64,000 nt of DNA. Origin: a virus. The stretch lies in IMG/VR virus record IMGVR_UViG_3300030103_003222, positions 1-64,000 of that record; one strand, 5' to 3'. Shown in pieces: positions 46,801-55,800 of the stretch (its first letter is position 1; each line of letters begins with the position of its first letter). Below the pieces are notes generated by a model. It did not search any database and was not told where the DNA came from. It was given only the letters and a program-made list of their open reading frames with translations. A program made the translations under genes and the position numbers.

Positions 46801-49800
46801 CCATCCACTTTGTTCGATACACCCGATGGCACGCGAGTCGTGCCTGCATTCCTTGCTCTCAAGGGCATTCGCTCAGAGGCACTCAGCCTCACCACACATG
46901 ACGAGGCTCGCTTGCAGCATCTGAAGCAGTGGACTGACATGGACTTTACGCGACGTTTGACCATCGACCTTGGTGAAGTCGGTGCGCGTATTGGTGGGAC
47001 AAGCATCCTCGCGGCTGCGAACGAGGTAGTGCGTCTCATCAATCAGGCCGGTGCAAAGCAAGGTCGCACACATGCACGTCGTCCATCCGAGCAATACCCC
47101 GGTGAATCAGAATCACTCGATTTGACTCGCGTTGGCGCTCGTGCTGCCGATGGCATACGTGACCCAGCGTCCTCGCACATCAACGCCGATTTCGCAGCGA
47201 CTGGTTCGACCCATGACCCTGCGGTATGGTGGGACGAAGACAAGGCGTTCGAGTCGCATGACAAGGGCACACACATGGGCTATGTGCGCGCTCACATCGG
47301 ACGTATCGTGCAGGACACCAACGGCAACGAAGGCTTCAGCATCGTTGTTCACAGCACAGTGCCCGGTGCGACTGGGCGAAACTTCTGTGTATGGCTCGAC
47401 AACAGCAAAGGTCAATCGCGCTACACGCCGAAGTTCCTGATTGGTCACGGTGGACGTTATCGCACGTTCTGGTGCCAACCCGATGAACTCAGTGGAGAGA
47501 ACATGCACCCCGCGCCGATGCCGCTTAATAAGCACGGTCGTCCGTTTGCACCAGTCACCACCCTGCAAGGCTATGTTGTTCCTGACGACAGCGGTGTTGA
47601 GTTCAAAGCGAGCAGCGACTTTGCACCCCGTGGTGATGAAACCTCTGACCCAGTTATGCGCGCCGTCTCTATGGCCACTGGCTCAGGACAGTCGCATAAC
47701 ACAGTGAACACAGAATCACTGGAGGTCGAGGGCTTCAACACGTCCTACGTCACAGGTCTGCGCACGGGAACCAACGCGGTCGCTCGCGTCAATTTTGGCG
47801 GACTTGCCGCTTCCGGTGTTCCGGGCTTTGCTCCTGACGCCGGTAAGTGGGGTTTCGGTCGCAAGGGCGATGTGCGAATCGCTGAACGCTATGGTCCAGC
47901 CAAAGACACCAGTGCTTCATCGACTGCTGCAACGACCTATTCCAGTTATGTGCCCTCTACTGATGTGCGCGAAGAAGCCATCGGTAATGCACCGCTCTAT
48001 GCTTTCCGTTTCATTGACCATCGTGGTGTCGGACACGGCATTCGCTTCATCTACCGTAGCATGGGAGAGTCATTCGCTTTAGACGAAACACTATTGCCGT
48101 CAACGATTGATGATGAAATTGCAGTCTTCATTGACGACCGAGACGTTGGGCAAGGCGGCTTCACCATCGGCAAGCACATGCACGGTATTGGTGATGCTAC
48201 GGGCCGTTTTGGCGCAGCGGGAACCAACACGTCGCTCATGTCGTGGAGGGGGAACCGTTGGAACCCCGTGCCTTCGCCAAGCGCCGCGTATGACTGCAAC
48301 GCAGCCTACGATTCATCAAGCAACAAAATCACTGTCACGCTACAGGCTCCGTATAACGCGTGCCCTCATTTCGACGTCCTCGGCTACATGGGCTTCCCGC
48401 TAAGCCAAGGTTTGCTCCAACTCTCTGACCCGTTTGTGGATAGCAGCATGAACGGTAGCCAAGGCCACGTTTTTTCCTACACTCACCGCACACGAGAGGG
48501 AAGCAGCGGCACACACGTCTTCCACGGCATCCAAGGCTCGACATTTACACCGAGTCACACGCACTCAGGCGGCTCAGTTTCAGCAAACTCTTCGTCAGTG
48601 TTCGGAACTGGGAGCATCAACATTCGCGCACTCATTTCTTCGACGGTCAATTGGACGACGCTTGTGACCGACGAACTGCTTGCTGCCATCACAGCCGCAG
48701 CCATCAACCTTGCAGACCCTAACGTCGATGAGGGCGTGCCCTTTGACTGCCGCGACATGTTCGCTTCAGATGGGCGGACATTTGGTGAGTGGGGTGTGGC
48801 GGAGGACGCTATTCGCATTCGTGCGTTCAACACCGCTGGTGGCGGCATCCGACCCCTTTCGGACTTTTTTTCTGCGTCTCTGCATCGAGACTTTGCCATT
48901 CAGTCTGCTCACGTTGAGTTTGGTGACATTGAGGAAATCGAAGTCGACAATGGTGGCATTAGCCTCCCCAGCACTTCACGCGCTGCGACTGACGCCAGCA
49001 TTGACAACGGTTTGAGGGCAGAGTGTGGGTATTTGCCATTCACCGTTCTGCAAGTCTTCACCAAGAGCAAGGGTAGCAACAGCAATACAGCCTCACCAGT
49101 TCTCGTTGACTCTCGCAACAACCCGGTAGACCCTGACGAATGGCACCGTCGACTTATCGGCTACACTTTCACTGCAAACGCGGGGGACCATGTTCTACCG
49201 CGCGTCGACAACCCATCGGTCCTTCTATTGGCTGCCGAAGTGACCAGCGACCCAATTCAACTGACCACGAATCAGGTGTGGCACTTTGCTCAACCTGCCG
49301 GTGAAGAAGGCACAAGCATCAGCAGCAAGACCAAGATTGCATCTTTTGGTAGTGTGAGCAACCTGCATGTGCAGAATGGTGACGTCTTGGTGACAAGTCA
49401 AAACGGTGCCAACAGCAAGACGCATCTTTCACTGGTGACTGGCACGAAGACCTCAACTTTCCCTGCAAGTGACCCTGCCAGCAACGCTGTAGCGCAGCGC
49501 TTTGGTGACACTGCGCGAGCATTCCGCACTGCTGGGAGCCGCGTCTTGGGTAGCGTGTTCTCTCGTCCCATGCTCTTCTTCCGTGGTGGGCGCGACAGCA
49601 TCGACCACTCAGTGCCACTGTTCTTCGGCGGTGGTTTCAGTGGCGTCACACTCGACATCAACGACGGCACCAAGAACGACTACAGCGAGTTCTTCACTCA
49701 TCCATACGCGGCTGGACCAACCGGTGTCGCTGGTGTGCAGCACGCCAACGAGTTCCTCTCGTCCTACTCAATGCTCGACTGCAACGCTATGATGGCGTTT

Positions 49801-52800
49801 TTCCCCGGCACCCCGCTTTTGAACCAACATCGCGGCAACATCAATCCGCCGTTCTTCAACTCTGAAAACATGCTAACGCCTGACCTGAAACGCGGCACGC
49901 AGGGGCATCACAGCGACTACCCTGCCCCGTATTCAAGCGGTGTTAAGGTCCAAGTGCCAATTCCATTGGTGTTGCGTTTCGCACACCCCACTGCTCGATA
50001 CAGCGACCACAGTGGGACCACAGATAGCAAAACCACCTACCTGATTTTCGGTCCCGGTCAAGCCTTCCCATTCACGGCTCAAACCGCTACCCCAGACAAC
50101 AGCAGCGAACCACATCCCGGTCGTGCTTTGACTGTCGGCAACACATGGTCGAAGGTGCCAACACACACCAGCGGTAAGCAGTTCCTGCACAACCACATTA
50201 CCAATTCAACCGTCGGTTTCCTTCCCGAACTTCACTCCACGCAGGTCAACCGCTACCGGACACACTGGCGACAAACGATGAACTGGGAGCCTGCGCAGGG
50301 CAAGTCCAATGCCACGCGATTGTTTCAGCGTCCTGAGTCCGGCCGTTTCTATGGTGAGATGTTCACGTCAAACGGCGTGCTCAACAGCACCTCACTCGCT
50401 GACTACAGAACCGCTCATCCACTTCGGCATGCTGTGTTTATGGGATTCGGTATGGCCAGCAATTCTGATTGGTGTTTCCACATGGACGGCGGTTATCACC
50501 CCGGTGGCTCGTGGTTGGACAATCAACTGACGTTCAATCCACCACACCCCAACGACAACAGCCGCGTAGCAAAAAGCGGCGTGGCTGGTAACGAACTACA
50601 CCCAAGCGCATTCCGCGTAGCAGCGCCGTTGGCCAACCGGGTGCTCTACGGCTCATCTGCATCTTTTGCCAGCGACACCATCGAGAGCGACGACGTCGAA
50701 CTCGAATACATCGCTGTCGACGCCACGAAATGTCAGAATGGGGAGGAAATGGCTGCCCTGCTCGGCTCTGCCATCAACTCATTCCCCGGTGCTGGTGCAC
50801 TGAAGGCTATGGGTGGGACGTTCCTACCCAGCATGGGGACCAGCAACCGGCAAGACCGCTACGGTTGGGTCGAAGTCACGGGAGTTGTCGCCTATTTCCT
50901 CAGTGGAGAAGACACGGCTGCGAACGTCAAGACCAACGCCATCAAGGACAACTTCATGACGCTGGCCTTTTCCAGTCAGATTTTGGCTGAGCAAGTTCCT
51001 GAAAGCGGTTGGTTGCGAACAAGTGCCGACTTTGACAACGGGGTAGACAGCAACAGCGATTCTGCTGCTTTCGCACCCTATCACAGTCGAATCGTCAAAC
51101 TTGACACGAGTTCGAGCCAATACCACGTCACCTTCTATCTCGGTAGCAATCGCATCGCTGGTTCAAAGGCCTTTGAGTCGCTTAAGACGTGGAAGGACTA
51201 CCTCGACACAGGTGTTGCTGCAGGCAATGAGGTTGTTCCCAATGTAAGCAGTGCAACCAAGGTCTACGTGTGGACCAAAGCAGGTGTGCACCGATGGGAC
51301 AACTCGGGTCGGCTTGAGGGCTATTCGCAAGTGCACTTCAGCGGCTTGGTCGACGCCATCGACAGAACGCGGCCAGTTGGGCTACCGGGTTGGCACGGTG
51401 AACGCTATTCTTACCTGAACACGTTGGCCGTGTCCGGCGCGTATTCTGCCGGCCTTGGTGCATGGCACCCATCCCTCGGCTTCTCTCCGTTCGGAGGTAG
51501 CATGGGTTGCGCGTCTGTGCTTGGTCACTTGCCTCACATCGCTCCCATGCCCAACAGTCCCGAAAGTGGTTTGCCCAACGACGGGAGCAACGGTGCTGCC
51601 GACTTCCCCGATGCCGACACACCCAATGGCCCGAACTATGACGCTGACGACGACGGCGACCAATCCTACAGCGCGAGTTTCGTTGACGGTAGTGGTAACA
51701 ATAGCCCACCACTCACCACGTTTGACGAAAACGTGCACAAGGACTTACAGCACGCTCAAGGCGTATATGCCCGAGCCATGTTGGTCGTCGCTCACGAGTC
51801 AGAACTGGCTTTGGTGGCCAAGCGCGACCGTGACGGTATCAAGTGCGTTGGTGACTGGTTGCGCTCCAAAGATGCGAGCAGCATCACGTTGGCCGGCACA
51901 ACACGTTGGGACGACCGGATTCACGGTCAGGACCGGTTTATCGCAACAGCAAACGCAGGTCCCAACATTGAGGCTCTCATCGTTGATGACACGGCTTTGC
52001 CAACGGTAAGCAGCCCTACAGCAGCCAGTGGTTTGGTGGCCTCACCGTTCAACGCTGAGTTCTTCTTGCACACGGCCGTTTCAGCAGACACTGAACTCGA
52101 AAATGCCGAGCCGTGCCGCAAACCAACTGGTGACTTGTTCCTCGACATTGACAAGAGCATCGGCTCTTTCTATTCCGCAAGCGCTGGCGCGCAGCGCAAC
52201 ATCATGGACCATTTCTATGAGGCAGGGAGCAACAACCCAATGGGTGGTTTGTGGGGCGGTAATACGCAGAAAAACTCCTACTGGATGGGTGACGTCAACG
52301 GTTATGAGATGTTCAAGCGTTCGCCGGCCAAGAACTTCAGCATCGAGCACATCGTGTGGAAGCGCATGGACGGAGGTAGCCTGTCGCTACCCGCCATGAA
52401 CGCGCGTGGGCTTGGTGCTGTGCCATGGGTCAGTCGCGTTGACGGTAGCAACGCCTACACGACCGGTGAGAAATTGCTCGGTAACGTGCGCTTCTCGTTT
52501 GAGACGACGAACTCAGCGATGATGCCAATTATGCGAGCGCATGAACTCGGCCATCCTCAATTGGCTGTTGACCCACCTGTCGAACTCCGTGATGTGTTGG
52601 AAATCCCCAACGAAGAAATGCAGTTTGACGACATGGTCGTTGTCGATGACACGGGACAATCGCATACGTTGAACGGTGGTTCACCGCTGGGTGTCGTCAT
52701 TCGCGCCTTCCGCTCCAGCGGTGAACGACTCGCAAGTGGCCTCGCCCCATCTGTTGCAGGTGCTGGGCTTGAGCCAAACATGACCATCCGGCTACCCGAC

Positions 52801-55800
52801 TCCAACGCGATTCCCGGCAACATTCTTGTTCGCAGTGGTTTTGACCGTGTGCAAGCCTATCAGACAGAAACCATGGGCGACGGGGGTATGATGAGCAACC
52901 CACAGGGCCTCGGTCAACTGTTTGATGGTTTGACTGGGCCGTTCGGCGCACCTGTGTTGTCTGAAGCAGGGTGGGAACACATCGACAAGGCAGGATTGGA
53001 CAGCACCAGCAGCAAATGGGATGCAGCGACGAGCGACAAACCTCTGAGCAGCGCGTATGAACTTCACGACCGCACTCTGTTTTTCCACGTCACGAAGATG
53101 GGACACAGTCACACCGACCGCTACCCAACGACCTACACGCACAGCGGAGGTCTGCAAAATCAAGCGCTAACGGTGTCTTCGTATGCGAGCAGCACTGCGA
53201 TTTTGACCGCGTCCGCATCAATCACGACTGCGATTTTTGACGCCGACTTCGCCACGAAGGAAGTCATGGACGAAGGGTCGGGTAAGCGACGTAGGTTCCT
53301 ACGTCTCGCCACCGCAACAGACAGCGTCGTCGTTTCCTACACAGGCATCAGTGGGGCTACGTTCACAGGAGTGGTTGGTGACATTGACTTCGACCAGTTC
53401 TTGCTCGACAACCCACCCGCTTCGTCCACCATCAACGTCACTCCGTCCTATTACGTGCCTGCTGGTAGCACCCGTTTCTTTGCAGCACGACGTTTGCGTG
53501 ACCACGCGGAGGTCAGCGGTAACAGCCCCGACATGGCGCACACGCACTACTTGAACGGGAACGCTGACACGACAGGCTATGCCCGCTATAGCGTGCCGCG
53601 TATGACCCCCATGCCCTACCCACGTATGGGCCACCATTTCGTCAACGCCACCATGCCGATGCTACCCGGACACTGGGCACACCCTGCCTATCAGGGCCTC
53701 TATTCAGGACATGAAGCGGAGCGACGTGCAACGTTGCGCGACCCTGACTACATTCGTCTGTTGGACCATACCGACCTTGACGACGCCACCTTCGACAGCA
53801 ACGTCTCAGACTACCTCCACCCCCTCAATCCGCAAATCCGCATTGGGAGTCTGACCGCTACACCAAGCGGACCCAGCGATATTCACGGTGGTGCCTTCAC
53901 TTTGATGTTTGAGACGAAGGTGCGCTTCGACGGCTACGGTGTTCTTGCCTCAAAGGGCACGGCAGGGGACATGAACAAGTTAGGAGGTCACTCGATTGTG
54001 TTGGAGGCTGGTGGAAACTACACGCAAGACGGTCACTTCCCTGACCCCGCTGAGGTCGGTGCCTACCAGATTGTCATTCAACCCAATCTACACGAGACAC
54101 AGATTGCTGGTTTCCATCACAACAACAGCACGACTACCGCTTTGCCAAACGGTAGCAAGCGTGCGCTCACAGCCCAGCAGATTCACCTCGTGGTCGGTAT
54201 CAAATATGACAGTGAGCGAGGTGGCTCGCCCATTGGTGGAGCAACGCTAATTCTTGCCGAGGCGACGTTGGCTGACGTGAGAGGTTGTGAAATCTTCGTG
54301 AATGAGGTCATCCTCGACCACGACCCCGACCACGGTAGTCACTTCACAAACATCCCACCGATGCTGCTCTATAACCCACTGGGTGTGCAGGGCAGCGAAT
54401 CCCCGACATTCACACGTCGAACTCAACCGTATCATCCGGGCATGTTTGAGGACAGCACGCCCGGACACACGCTAAACATCCCGTGGTGGAGCATTTTCCA
54501 CAAAGTGGCACCTGACGACTCCTCGTCTACCGGTTTCAGGCATTTGGCGCTTTATCGCATTGACAACTTCTACCAGTTCTGCCGAGCGTCATCGGGCGCA
54601 GTGGCAGCACAACTGACGCTGGCTGGCTATCCCTCCATCAGTCCCGACATCTATTCTGACGTGATGGCTAACGTCTCACTCAGTCCTAAGTGCACCGTTA
54701 CCGGTAGCGGCTCGGGCTACATCGAGGTTGACGATGCGTCGTTCTTCCCGAACAAACCAGCCTATGGGGAGCGTCTGCACTACGTTGACGCAAGTGGGAA
54801 TGACAAGTTCATCACCTACACTCAACGTAGCGGCACGACGGCGAATGCGGCGACGATGAACCAACCTGACCGCTTCGTCACCAGTGCAAGTTCACCCGGT
54901 GACGGAACGGTTCTGCGGTTGACGCGACCTTACAGTGAGCGCATGACCGACACGCTGTTCACTCATTCCAAGAGCAGTGTGTTGACGCGCATCATGCCGC
55001 AAATGTTGCCGGGTTCACGCGACACGAACAGCCTCTATACGGCTGACGCGTTCTTGTGCATGTGGCACCACAACCTCGGTCGTCCTCACACGTTCTATTC
55101 CGACAGTCCGAGGACATGGGGTGGCACAACAACAGACCGCGCTATCAACAAAGCAGCGTATAACGGCATGCCCGAGCACTTCGAGACTGTCCATTACCAC
55201 GCGGTGAACTACGCGGCAAGCCATGGCCCGTTCCATCTTGACTTCAAGACGCCCAAACCCGCGCAGCACTTGTCAGGCACCTTCAGTTCGGTCAGCGGTT
55301 CACCCTCTACACTGGTGTTTGGTGCAGACGTTTCAGGCGACGGTTTGGTCGGTAAGGTGCTGTTCACCGATGGGCGAGTCATTGGAACGGTTGCATCTGT
55401 TTCAACCACCGACGTCACGTTGACCGGTGACATCCTCTACACCCCCGCTGCTTCAACGACCGTCTACGTCGGTGCAGATGGTTCGGTTGACACGGCGGCC
55501 AACATTCACGCCATGACCGGTTATCAGGCTCAGGGTGGCACTTCAACGATGCTGACTCATTACTGGCCGTGCGGTAGTCGAGGTGGGCCGCTGGTCAGCC
55601 GACTCGACGGCTATGCGGCTTGGGCTGCCGGGTGGCATGTGCCTCGCCAATATTCATCCGGTGGCGGTAAGCACTGGGTCGATGATGACGACAGCGGCTC
55701 ATATTCTGTTTCAAGCGGCTTGAGTGACGGCTCGTTGGTTGCGTCTCGCACCTATCCGTTTGGCTATCGCTTTGGCCTACGCCAACCGTGGAATCGACCG